Shown one piece after another: positions 48,891 to 57,373 of a stretch of DNA of 64,000 nucleotides. Below the pieces are notes generated by a model that searched no databases, was not told the DNA's origin, and saw only the letters and a program-made list of their open reading frames with translations. The DNA is taken from assembly GCA_013335405.1 (NCBI GenBank), contig JAAXVR010000008.1, positions 13,663 through 77,662 of the forward strand. Direction: 5' to 3'. The position numbers and the translations under genes were made by a program. Each line of letters starts with the position of its first letter. Within the stretch, counting starts at the first letter, position 1. Source of the stretch: Chlorobiaceae bacterium. Lineage in GTDB: Bacteria; Bacteroidota; Chlorobiia; Chlorobiales; Chlorobiaceae.

Positions 48891-49288
48891 AACAAAAGTG
48901 GTATAATTATTATAACTTCTTCTCTTGAGGCCTGCTGGCGCACGGAGTATGAAACAAGGGTCACTGCAGGCCACATCTGCGGGAAATCCGTTTTACTACA
49001 AGACTGAAGATGTGACGATGTCCTTCAATAAACCGAAGAGCCATGATGGCTTCATAATACCCGGGGCCTTTTTTCCCGGGAAGATACTGTCCGATCCGTC
49101 ATTTCATGTTCACCGTCCTGGTGAGGAAAGCATGAGCAGGATTGAAGCTCAATGCCTGAAGCAGCAAGAACGTCCTTCCTTTTCCGGTCAAGCGGACAAG
49201 GAGGCCGAAGCGTTTCGGCATGACGGCCGTTGCGGCTTTGCTACCGGTACCGATGAGTGATTTTTCAACTCCATCCAGACAATTCGCA

Positions 49289-49519
49289 ATGACGATATCC
49301 CAGTCCAAGGCGCTCTATAAAAAGCTGAAAGTCGACGAACGTTTTCGTGAAAAGCTTCTTGCTGCCGGCACCATGGATGACTGTATGGAAATGGTCTCGG
49401 CCAGCGGCTTCGACTGTTCGAAGGATGAGATCAGAACGGTTGTTGAAGTGTTCGCGCTGCAGAGGAATGCGGAAAGCACTGATCGTTTCAGCTTGTGGGG
49501 AAACAGGATAATTGGTTGA
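49289..49519 (+). CDS. Nif11-domain small protein (possible Nif11-type leader peptide)
   Basis: MTISQSKALYKKLKVDERFREKLLAAGTMDDCMEMVSASGFDCSKDEIRTVVE fits the Nif11 N-terminal domain pattern by eye. A 23-aa tail follows (VFALQRNAESTDRFSLWGNRIIG). The start is ambiguous (ATG 49220, 49253 or 49289) and there is no clear RBS. Confidence 0.55.
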   Translation: MTISQSKALYKKLKVDERFREKLLAAGTMDDCMEMVSASGFDCSKDEIRTVVEVFALQRNAESTDRFSLWGNRIIG

Positions 49520-49543
49520 TACAACGTAGTTTTTTGTTGGTGT

Positions 49544-50947
49544 ATGCACAGCGAAACTTCCCGAAGCAGGGTTCCGGCTTTTTGTTGCAATAGCGTCGGT
49601 ACTGAATTCCCTGAAAATTGCAGTGAGATAAAAACAGTGAAAAAGTGGCTGCTGGTCCAGCCGAAAAGCTCTACGAGCATGATGGTGGATTCGGGCAGCG
49701 TCAGCATGCCATTGAACCTGATCATGGTTGCCACGCTTGCCGGAAGGCTTTTCGACGTAACTCTCGTCGATGAAAGGATCGGCGACAGGATACCGGAAGA
49801 TTTCTCGGAATACGATGTCGTGGCCATTACCTCACGAACACTCAATGCGGAGATCGCCTACAGGATAGGGGACCGGGCGCTTGCACAGAAGAAAATCGTG
49901 CTGCTTGGCGGGGTTCATCCCACAATGATGCACGATGAGGCGGCACAACACTGCACCAGCGTTGTCTATGGCGAGGTGGAGTCGATATGGGATGAACTGG
50001 AAGCCGATATGGTCAATGACCAGGTAAAGTCGCTCTATCGGGCAAAGGAACTCCGTTCCATGATCTCGATGCGTTCCCCTGATTTCAGTTATGCCCTCAA
50101 ATCGAAAAACGCAGGGAAATACAGTTCACGGATTCCCATCCTCGCAACGAAAGGATGTCCTGTTGGATGCAATTTCTGCACAACGCCCACCGTGTATGGT
50201 AAAAGTTACCGATACCGGGAGATCGGTCTCGTGCTCGACGAGATCCGCTATCATCAGGAGCGGCTTGGAAGGAAGCGGGTAAACCTGTCGTTCATGGATG
50301 ACAACATCAGTTTCAGACCCCAGTATTTCACAGAGCTTCTCGAAGCGATGGAGAAAATGAAGGTCCGGTGGAACGCCAATATCTCCATGAATTTCCTCCA
50401 CAAGCCGGAGATTGCCCGGATAGCTGCAAGGTCTGGATGCGATCTCATGAGCATCGGTTTTGAATCGCTTAATCCCGACGTGCTCAGGACTGTCAATAAA
50501 GGGGCGAACCGCCTGAAGAACTATTCGACCGTTGTCGGCAACCTGCATAAGAACAACGTGGCCATCCAGGGATATTTCATGTTCGGTTTCGATGACGACA
50601 GCGAAAAAAGTTTCCAGGCGACCTATGATTTTATCATGGAGAACCGTATTGAATTTCCGGTTTTTTCACTGGTGACGCCCTTTCCGGGAACACCCTATTA
50701 CGAAGAAATGAAGCCGAGGCTCAGGCATTTCGAATGGGAGAAATATGATACCTACCACTATATGTTCGAACCCCGGAAAATATCGGGGGAAAAGCTGCTC
50801 GAGAATTTCGTGAAGCTGCAGAAGGAGGTCTACAGGGCAAAGGCTGTCATGCACAGGATGCGGGGCAAGCCCCTCAACTGGGTATGGATGGCCAATTTCA
50901 TGATGAACCGCTTTACCGGCGGACTCAAACCTGAAGTCTACCTCTGA
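49544..50947 (+). CDS. Class-B (B12-binding-domain) radical SAM enzyme, BchE/BchQ/BchR/P-methylase-like architecture
   Basis: The N-terminal B12-binding-like domain begins at VKKWLLVQPKS...PLNLIMVATLAG. The radical SAM cluster motif is CPVGCNFC, with a GFESLNP block. The start may be GTG 49637 rather than ATG 49544. Confidence 0.85.
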   Translation: MHSETSRSRVPAFCCNSVGTEFPENCSEIKTVKKWLLVQPKSSTSMMVDSGSVSMPLNLIMVATLAGRLFDVTLVDERIGDRIPEDFSEYDVVAITSRTLNAEIAYRIGDRALAQKKIVLLGGVHPTMMHDEAAQHCTSVVYGEVESIWDELEADMVNDQVKSLYRAKELRSMISMRSPDFSYALKSKNAGKYSSRIPILATKGCPVGCNFCTTPTVYGKSYRYREIGLVLDEIRYHQERLGRKRVNLSFMDDNISFRPQYFTELLEAMEKMKVRWNANISMNFLHKPEIARIAARSGCDLMSIGFESLNPDVLRTVNKGANRLKNYSTVVGNLHKNNVAIQGYFMFGFDDDSEKSFQATYDFIMENRIEFPVFSLVTPFPGTPYYEEMKPRLRHFEWEKYDTYHYMFEPRKISGEKLLENFVKLQKEVYRAKAVMHRMRGKPLNWVWMANFMMNRFTGGLKPEVYL

Positions 50948-51016
50948 ACAGCGGGAATGAAGGTTGCCGGTAATCTTTAAGAACGTATCACATCCATTAT
51001 TCAAATCACTGCCCTG

Positions 51017-52018
51017 ATGCCAGAAGTCCCGAAAGCCATGTTCATCGACAAGCTCAAAGCCCATATCGAACTGCTTGACCCGGTCACCTGGATCAGCGTT
51101 TTTCCATGCCTTGCCGCCGGCGTCATGGCATCAGGTGCAATGCAGCCGACATTGCACGACTATCTTCTGCTGTTCTTTCTTTTCATCATGTACGGTCCGC
51201 TCGGTACGGGGTTCAGCCAGTCCGTCAACGATTACTACGATCTCGAACTTGACCGGATCAATGAACCGACAAGACCTATTCCTTCCGGAAGACTGACCGA
51301 AAGGGAAGCGGCGTGGAACTGGGGAATCGTCCTTGTGATCGCCGTTCTGCTTGCAGGGTTGATAGGATTGCACATCGGAGGGATTCGGGGTGTTGTCTTT
51401 ACCGCATCGCTTCTTTCGGGCCTCGTCATCGGTTTCATCTATTCGGCTCCACCGCTGAAACTGAAAAAAAATATTTTCTTTTCAGCTCCTGCCGTAGGGA
51501 TTTCCTATGGTTTCATTACCTACCTTTCCGCAAATGCGCTTTTCAGCGATATCAGGCCTGAAGTGATCTGGCTTGGTGTCCTGAACTTCTTCATGGCAGT
51601 TTCCCTTATCATCATGAATGATTTCAAGTCGACAGAAGGGGATGCAAAAAGCGGCATGAAATCGCTGACCGTCATGATCGGGACCAGAAAAACATTTCTT
51701 GTCGCCTTCGGTATCATCGACATGGTCTTTGCAGTTTTTGCGTTTCTTGCCTGGAGCTGGGGTTTCCAGGTCCTCATGTATATCATTCTGGCCTCGACGG
51801 TATTCAGTCTCTTTATTCAGATTTCGATTTACAGGGATCCCCAGAAAGGAGCCTCGTTCATGCAGCATGCGGTCGATGACGGATTCGGTAACGCCATCGG
51901 CAAGAGCGACGTGCATGCGCACAACGCCTTCCTTCGGTTTCAGGTTGTCAATAATTTCATTTTCCTGATCAACCAGTTCATCGCCGCCGGTCTGATAGGC
52001 CTGAAATACCTCGGTTAG
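51017..52018 (+). CDS. UbiA-family (bacterio)chlorophyll synthase paralogue (BchG/ChlG/BchK family)
   Basis: FSQSVNDYYDLELDRINEPTRPIPSGRL is the chlorophyll-synthase Asp-rich motif. There is a second motif, NDFKSTEGD, and about 8-9 TM segments. Confidence 0.8.
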   Translation: MPEVPKAMFIDKLKAHIELLDPVTWISVFPCLAAGVMASGAMQPTLHDYLLLFFLFIMYGPLGTGFSQSVNDYYDLELDRINEPTRPIPSGRLTEREAAWNWGIVLVIAVLLAGLIGLHIGGIRGVVFTASLLSGLVIGFIYSAPPLKLKKNIFFSAPAVGISYGFITYLSANALFSDIRPEVIWLGVLNFFMAVSLIIMNDFKSTEGDAKSGMKSLTVMIGTRKTFLVAFGIIDMVFAVFAFLAWSWGFQVLMYIILASTVFSLFIQISIYRDPQKGASFMQHAVDDGFGNAIGKSDVHAHNAFLRFQVVNNFIFLINQFIAAGLIGLKYLG

Positions 52019-52048
52019 ACAGGCAGTCTTCGTTTCCCGGACGAACAT

Positions 52049-52094
52049 GCGAGCTGTGCCCCACAATTTATCAGGCACAGCTCGCATTTTTTTT
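52049..52094 (+). terminator. Strong rho-independent terminator after the synthase paralogue
   Basis: 12-bp perfect stem gcgagctgtgcc (52049-52060) / ggcacagctcgc (52074-52085) with a 13-nt loop, then a T8 run (52087-52094). Confidence 0.85.
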
Positions 52095-52325
52095 GTATCA
52101 GGAAACGCTATCGTTCTGAACGTGTACGGCGATCAGGGATGATTTCTCGTCTTTGCAGACAGACTTTCGGCAGATTGTCCATTGAAAAGTTCGGCTTTTT
52201 CTGTATGAATTGTAAGCAGGATAGGAAAGTATTCCGTGAGTCTGTTTATGTTATTTAAATCTTATCGATACTGATAAAACTGATAAAGCAGTAGAAAAAA
52301 ACGCGTTCAATCATCGCAGATACCT

Positions 52326-55300
52326 ATGAAAACCATCGTTCAGGATCGTTTGCAACTTGCCGAAGTATCGGCTATTCTGGAAGCTCTTCCGGATCTGGCA
52401 TACCTTGTTGACAGCGAAGGAACAATCCTCAATACCAACAGCGCTTTTTCAACATGGTTCGGTCTTACAACCGGCGAATGTGTCAGTGAGAATATCTATG
52501 ACCTTCTTGCAAACGTTCTTCATCAGCCGGAACTTGCCGAACATCAGAAAAAACAGATCGATGAAGTACTGAAGAACAGAACAAGGAGAGTATTCGAGGA
52601 TGAAAGGGATACCTGGCGGGTAACCATAAATCCTGTCTGCCTGGAAAAAGACGAAATCAACAGCCTTCTCGTCACGATCCAGGATATTTCAGCCCTTCGC
52701 AAAACCAGCAGGGAACTTGATACGGAACGTTCACTGAAGACGGCCCTGCTCGATACCATGCCATGTTCCGCCGTGATTCTCGATGCCGATCTTCGCATGA
52801 TTGTCTGGAACAGGTATGCCGAAGAGATGCTTTCCGGCAGCCTGAAGTCGTCCAGGAAAACCATACAGGCCGACAGGTTTTTCTGTGCCGAGGATATGGA
52901 CATGCTCAGGAAAAGGATTATGGATGTCATCGATTCAGGCGTCGCCGATTCGAGGGTCCTGCAGGTTCATCCCCATGGCAGCAGGCAACATCTCTGGATG
53001 CTGACCCATACAAGCAGGATATTCATCGATGGGAAACCCTGTGCGCTTTCAATCGGGGTGGATATCAGTGAACAGAAGCAGGTCGAAGAAGAGCTCACGA
53101 AGAGCAAAGCAAGGCTTGACCAGGCATTGTCCGCCGCAAAAGCGGGAGTATGGGAATGGGACCCGAAGACCGACGAGCTTGAATGGTCGGAGGAAATCTG
53201 GAAACTTTACGGGCTCGATCCCGCCCGGAAAGCATCTTCCCTTCTTTGGGAAAAAGTCGTCCATCCTGACGATCTCGAAGGAATAAGGAATACGAAGAGA
53301 GAGGTCGCAGAGAAAAAAGCGGATCTGAAGATCGAATACCGTGTCTGCCACAAGGATGGCTCTGTGCACTGGCTGCTCTCCCGCGGAAAGCCAATGCAGA
53401 ACGATTCGTGCAGCCGGCCGCGCTATATCGGCACCATCATCGATATAACCGAACGCAAACAGATGGAACTCGAACTTGTCCAGAGCAAGATGCGTTTCAA
53501 CTATGCGCTCGATGCGGCACATGCTGGGGTATGGGAGTGGGATATCGGAACGGATACCCTCACCTGGTCCGAACAGGTATGGCGGCTCTACGGGCTGGAG
53601 GCCCGCAGCCGGACGCTCGACAACCAGCTCTGTATCGATACCGTCCATCCCGATGACCGGGTGAAGACATCGTGGATTATCAAGTCTGCGATCAGCAGGG
53701 GCGAACCGGTTTCCCTCGAGTATCGTACCGTCTATCCCGACGGTTCCATCCACTGGCTGACTTCGAGGGGGATGCCGATCCGCGATGCAGAAGGGACGGT
53801 CGTCCGCTATATCGGGGCTATCAACGACATCACGGAACGCAAACAGATCGAGATCGAGCTCATCGAAAGCAGGGAAAGGCTCAACCTGTCGCTGGAAGCC
53901 GCAAGGGCAGGTGTCTGGGAATGGGACATCAAAACCGGGGAGAATACATGGACAGACGAAATCTGGGCGCTTTACGGTCTGGAGAATGACGGACGGAAAC
54001 CATCATTCCAGCTCTGGTCGGAAACAATCCATCCCGATGACCGTGAGTCGGCAGCCAGGACCGTCTCTGACGCCGTCGGCAAGGGAAAGGAGCTTTATGT
54101 CGAATACAGGACCTGCCACCCGGACGGTTCGGTCCATTGGCTGATGTCCCGCGGCAAACCCCAGATCGACAACAGAGGGCGTACGGTCCGTTATACCGGG
54201 ACGATCATCGATATAACGGAAAGAAAGCAGATTGAAACGGAGCTTCATGAGAGCAAAAAAAGGATGACATTCGCCCTCGAGGCCACCAGTTCGGGTGTCT
54301 GGGAGTGGGATGTGGCCGATGACACCGTTGTCTGGACAGACAACGTCTGGAGGCTGTACGGCCTGGATCCGAACAGCAGACCGGCAACGCACAAGCTCTG
54401 CGAAACCAACATCCATCCCCTCGACAAGGATATCATCTTCGAGAAGGTCATGGCTGCCGCCAACAGGGAAAAAGAGATCAATGTCGAATACCGGGTCCGC
54501 CACAAGGACGGTGCGGTCCACTGGCTGATGTGCCGCGGAGTGCCGTTCTATCACGCAGACGGCCGTCTGAACTGTTATATCGGTACGGTTACGGATATCA
54601 CCTCGCGCAAAGAGCTTCTGAACGATCTTATCGACAGCAAGATGCGGCTGAGCCAGGCGCTGGAGGCTGCCCGTGCGGGAGTGTGGGAATGGATACTGAA
54701 AACGGGAGAGAACTTCTGGTCTGATGAAACATGGCTGCTCTACGGACTGGAAAGGGGTTCGGACGACCCTACGTTCGACCTCTGGAAAAGCTGCATGCAT
54801 CCCGAAGACCTCGGTAAAACGGTTCGGATCGTCGAAGAGGCAACGAAATCGAAGTCCGAGCTGAACACGGAATATCGTATCGTGCATCCCGACGCTTCGA
54901 TCCGCTGGGTAATGACCCGGGGCAGGCCTGTCTACAACCATCATGGCAAGGTCGACCGGTATATCGGGACAACGATCGATATCACCGAAAGGAAAAAAAC
55001 CGAGGAGGAGCTCTGGAAAAACAGGGAGAAACTCGATTTCATCCTGAAAAAAAGCCATGTCGGCGTCTGGGATATGAATCTGCAGGATTACTCCGTCGAG
55101 CGTTCGCTCGAACATGCCCATATTTTCGGGTACGATTCGGTGGACAGGGAATGGTCGATGGAAACGCTGCTGAGCCACATTGTTCCCGAGGACAGGAACC
55201 GAATCAAGGCATTGATGACGGAGTCCATCGAAAAAAAGGAAAATTACAATTTCGAGAGCAGGATATACCGTCTCAATGGTGAAGTGCGCTGGATCTGGGT

Positions 55301-56504
55301 GAGCGGCACCTGCCAGATCGACAAGACCGACAATGCCCTGCATGTGCTCGGTATCGTTCAGGATGTCACTGAACAGAAAAAAGCCGAAGCCGCCATCAGG
55401 GCAAGCGAAAGCAAGTTCAGGAATGTTTTCGACCATTCACCTTTCGCCATCGGCATCGGCGATGTCGAAAAGGGCATACTCTACGAAGTCAACAATGCAT
55501 GGCTTGACATGTTCGGATTCGACAGGGAAGAGGTTATCGGCAGAAGCCTCAAGGAGATCGGGCTACCTGAAACGATCGAGGACGAGGAAAAAATCAAGAG
55601 GGAACTGCAGGGCTGCAGCAGGATCGTCAATACCCCGTTTCATTTCAGGAAAAAATCGGGTGAGACGATCAATATCCTCTTTTCGGCTGAATATATCTCG
55701 ATCAACAATCATCCGGCTCTGCTGGTCATGATGTCCGATATCACGCTGCAGGAGCATCAGCAGATGAGTATCGAACGACTCGAACAGGCGGTCGACGAAC
55801 GCACCCGGCAGCTGAACCTGGAAGTCGAGCGCCTGAACAGTTTTCTGAGCATGATCACTCACGAATACCGCACCCCTCTTGCCATCATACGAGGGAACCT
55901 CGATCTTATCGAGCTGAAAAACAAGCGCTGCAAGTGCACCAATCCGATAGAAATGAACAAAATCAACAAGGCAATCGATCGTCTTGTTGAGGTCATGGAG
56001 GAATCCATTCATGAAAGCAGGGTTCTGGAATCCAGGACGAAGTTCATGTTCAAGGCTTTTCGTATCAGGAATCTGATCACTTCACAGCTTGAGTCTTTCA
56101 GGTCTTTATGGCCTGATCTCCGTGTGCTGTATACCGATACCCTTTCGGAGAGCAGGATATCCGGTGATTCCTCCCAGCTTGGCCTGGCGATTTTCAACCT
56201 GCTTGACAATGCCCGCAAATACTCGCCTCCTGATTCTCCGATCGAGCTGGAGTGCCGGCAGGAAGCTAACGAAGCGGTCATTCTTATCAGAAACCAGGGT
56301 AAACCTGTCTCTGAAGAGGAGGCCGAGGCTTTCTTCGAAAAATACAAGCGAGGGAACAACTCCATGAATACCGGCGGGGCCGGTCTCGGGTTGTGGCTGG
56401 TCAAGAGTATTGTGGAGCAGCATAAAGGCTCCGTAAGGCTTGCAGGAATTCCGACCGGTGTTGAAGCAATGGTGAGAATCCCGTTGTATGAGCATGTCGA
56501 GTGA
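52326..56504 (+). CDS. Multi-PAS sensor histidine kinase (1392 aa)
   Basis: About ten PAS/PAC modules, then HisKA (LSMITHEYRTPLAII) and HATPase (NLLDNARKY, GGAGLGLWLVKSIVEQHKGS). Confidence 0.9.
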   Translation: MKTIVQDRLQLAEVSAILEALPDLAYLVDSEGTILNTNSAFSTWFGLTTGECVSENIYDLLANVLHQPELAEHQKKQIDEVLKNRTRRVFEDERDTWRVTINPVCLEKDEINSLLVTIQDISALRKTSRELDTERSLKTALLDTMPCSAVILDADLRMIVWNRYAEEMLSGSLKSSRKTIQADRFFCAEDMDMLRKRIMDVIDSGVADSRVLQVHPHGSRQHLWMLTHTSRIFIDGKPCALSIGVDISEQKQVEEELTKSKARLDQALSAAKAGVWEWDPKTDELEWSEEIWKLYGLDPARKASSLLWEKVVHPDDLEGIRNTKREVAEKKADLKIEYRVCHKDGSVHWLLSRGKPMQNDSCSRPRYIGTIIDITERKQMELELVQSKMRFNYALDAAHAGVWEWDIGTDTLTWSEQVWRLYGLEARSRTLDNQLCIDTVHPDDRVKTSWIIKSAISRGEPVSLEYRTVYPDGSIHWLTSRGMPIRDAEGTVVRYIGAINDITERKQIEIELIESRERLNLSLEAARAGVWEWDIKTGENTWTDEIWALYGLENDGRKPSFQLWSETIHPDDRESAARTVSDAVGKGKELYVEYRTCHPDGSVHWLMSRGKPQIDNRGRTVRYTGTIIDITERKQIETELHESKKRMTFALEATSSGVWEWDVADDTVVWTDNVWRLYGLDPNSRPATHKLCETNIHPLDKDIIFEKVMAAANREKEINVEYRVRHKDGAVHWLMCRGVPFYHADGRLNCYIGTVTDITSRKELLNDLIDSKMRLSQALEAARAGVWEWILKTGENFWSDETWLLYGLERGSDDPTFDLWKSCMHPEDLGKTVRIVEEATKSKSELNTEYRIVHPDASIRWVMTRGRPVYNHHGKVDRYIGTTIDITERKKTEEELWKNREKLDFILKKSHVGVWDMNLQDYSVERSLEHAHIFGYDSVDREWSMETLLSHIVPEDRNRIKALMTESIEKKENYNFESRIYRLNGEVRWIWVSGTCQIDKTDNALHVLGIVQDVTEQKKAEAAIRASESKFRNVFDHSPFAIGIGDVEKGILYEVNNAWLDMFGFDREEVIGRSLKEIGLPETIEDEEKIKRELQGCSRIVNTPFHFRKKSGETINILFSAEYISINNHPALLVMMSDITLQEHQQMSIERLEQAVDERTRQLNLEVERLNSFLSMITHEYRTPLAIIRGNLDLIELKNKRCKCTNPIEMNKINKAIDRLVEVMEESIHESRVLESRTKFMFKAFRIRNLITSQLESFRSLWPDLRVLYTDTLSESRISGDSSQLGLAIFNLLDNARKYSPPDSPIELECRQEANEAVILIRNQGKPVSEEEAEAFFEKYKRGNNSMNTGGAGLGLWLVKSIVEQHKGSVRLAGIPTGVEAMVRIPLYEHVE
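53145..55076 (+). repeat. Intragenic tandem PAS/PAC modules with an exact 128-codon period
   Basis: The GVWEW anchor falls at nt 53145, 53526, 53910, 54294 and 54678, with GVWDM at 55062. Spacings are 127, 128, 128, 128 and 128 codons. Each module carries W(S/T)(E/D)..W.LYGL and ends in (I/T)DIT(E/S)RK. Confidence 0.9.
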
Positions 56505-56585
56505 CGGATCAGTAACGGTTTCAAGACCGGTTATTTTTTCGCTACCTTGCCTTAAGATATACAATAACGACAACTTAACACTCCA

Positions 56586-57314
56586 ATGGCAGAAAACGGA
56601 CGGGTAATTGTTGTTGAAGACGACAGTGATTTCTGTGACAGTATGGTTGAATATTTAAAATTGTCAGGGCTTGAAGCTGTCGGTGTCGAGTCGGCCCTGG
56701 AGTTCTACAAAAATATTTCCGGACAGCATTACGACATTGTCGTCCTGGATATCGGTCTTCCTGACCAGAACGGCATTGTGCTTGCCGAATATATCCGGAA
56801 CAATACCCGGATGCGCATCATCATGCTTACAGCGCAGTCTTCACTGGAGAGCAAGATCAACGCTTACAGGGCCGGCGCGGATCTCTATCTGGTAAAACCG
56901 GTTGATTTTTCAGAACTGTCAGCATCCATATTCAGCATTCTCGGACGTCTCGGCAACGATCAGCAGCAGGAAAAAGAGGTTGTAAAAAAAACAGAATCGT
57001 CAGAAACCCGGGAAACAAAATGGACTCTTTTGCGGAGCGGCCAGTCCCTGTTCGCGCCTGAAGGCGAGGAGATCAGTCTTACGGCCAAGGAGTACGACCT
57101 TATAGAATGCCTGGCAAGGACTCCCGGTGATGTCGTAGTGCGCCAGGGTCTTCTCGATGCCCTCGATTACGAAAACAACGAATACGGAAACCGCGCCCTC
57201 GATGCGCTGGTCCATCGGCTGCGCATGAAAAACCGTAACCTCGGCTGCAGGATTCCGATGAAAACTTCGCATGGCACGGGCTACTGTTTTTCAGCCCCCA
57301 TTATCATCAAGTAA
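56586..57314 (+). CDS. OmpR-family response regulator
   Basis: Receiver domain (VIVVEDDSDF...VVLDIGLPDQNG...KP) and winged-helix output domain (LTAKEYDLIECL...RALDALVHRLRMK...HGTGY), joined by a long Gln/Glu-rich linker. Confidence 0.9.
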   Translation: MAENGRVIVVEDDSDFCDSMVEYLKLSGLEAVGVESALEFYKNISGQHYDIVVLDIGLPDQNGIVLAEYIRNNTRMRIIMLTAQSSLESKINAYRAGADLYLVKPVDFSELSASIFSILGRLGNDQQQEKEVVKKTESSETRETKWTLLRSGQSLFAPEGEEISLTAKEYDLIECLARTPGDVVVRQGLLDALDYENNEYGNRALDALVHRLRMKNRNLGCRIPMKTSHGTGYCFSAPIIIK

Positions 57315-57339
57315 ATGGTGATTGCGGGATACGGCCTTG

Positions 57340-57367
57340 AAAACCGGCGTTCATGCCGGTTTTTTTT
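57340..57367. terminator. Bidirectional rho-independent terminator between the response regulator and a convergent oxidoreductase
   Basis: Stem accggc (57343-57348) / gccggt (57355-57360) with a 6-nt loop, flanked by an A4 and a T7 run. Confidence 0.7.
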
Positions 57368-57373
57368 CTCAAG

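Noticed and set aside
48925-49260. 111-aa plus-strand ORF upstream of the Nif11-like ORF.
   Set aside because: It has a non-ATG (TTG) start and no usable RBS; the GGAG near the internal ATG at 48949 is only 1 nt from the codon. The composition is unremarkable and no motif was recognised. It could be real but is not supportable from sequence alone.
46755-49288. Annotating the orphan islet as a mobile element or genomic island.
   Set aside because: No integrase, transposase, tRNA target or direct-repeat att sites are seen. The only repeat is a 13-nt AT-rich inverted match, which could be a regulatory motif or chance.
49289-50947. Calling the Nif11-like ORF plus radical SAM enzyme a bona fide RiPP biosynthetic cluster.
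   Set aside because: There is no double-glycine or other recognisable leader cleavage site. There is no peptidase-ABC exporter, cyclodehydratase or LanM-type partner. The next gene is a chlorophyll-synthase paralogue. It is kept as a hypothesis in the findings and not as a feature call.
54003-55436. 477-aa minus-strand ORF antisense to the multi-PAS kinase. Similar long antisense frames occur at 33087..34133, 34950..36023, 42830..43921, 44569..45693, 14802..15899, 22730..23581, 23418..24356, 59723..60691 and 62165..62971.
   Set aside because: Each lies entirely inside a gene with strong family motifs on the opposite strand. The translations are Arg/Pro/Gly-rich and low in complexity, with no recognisable domains. 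These are typical shadow ORFs of GC-biased coding DNA.
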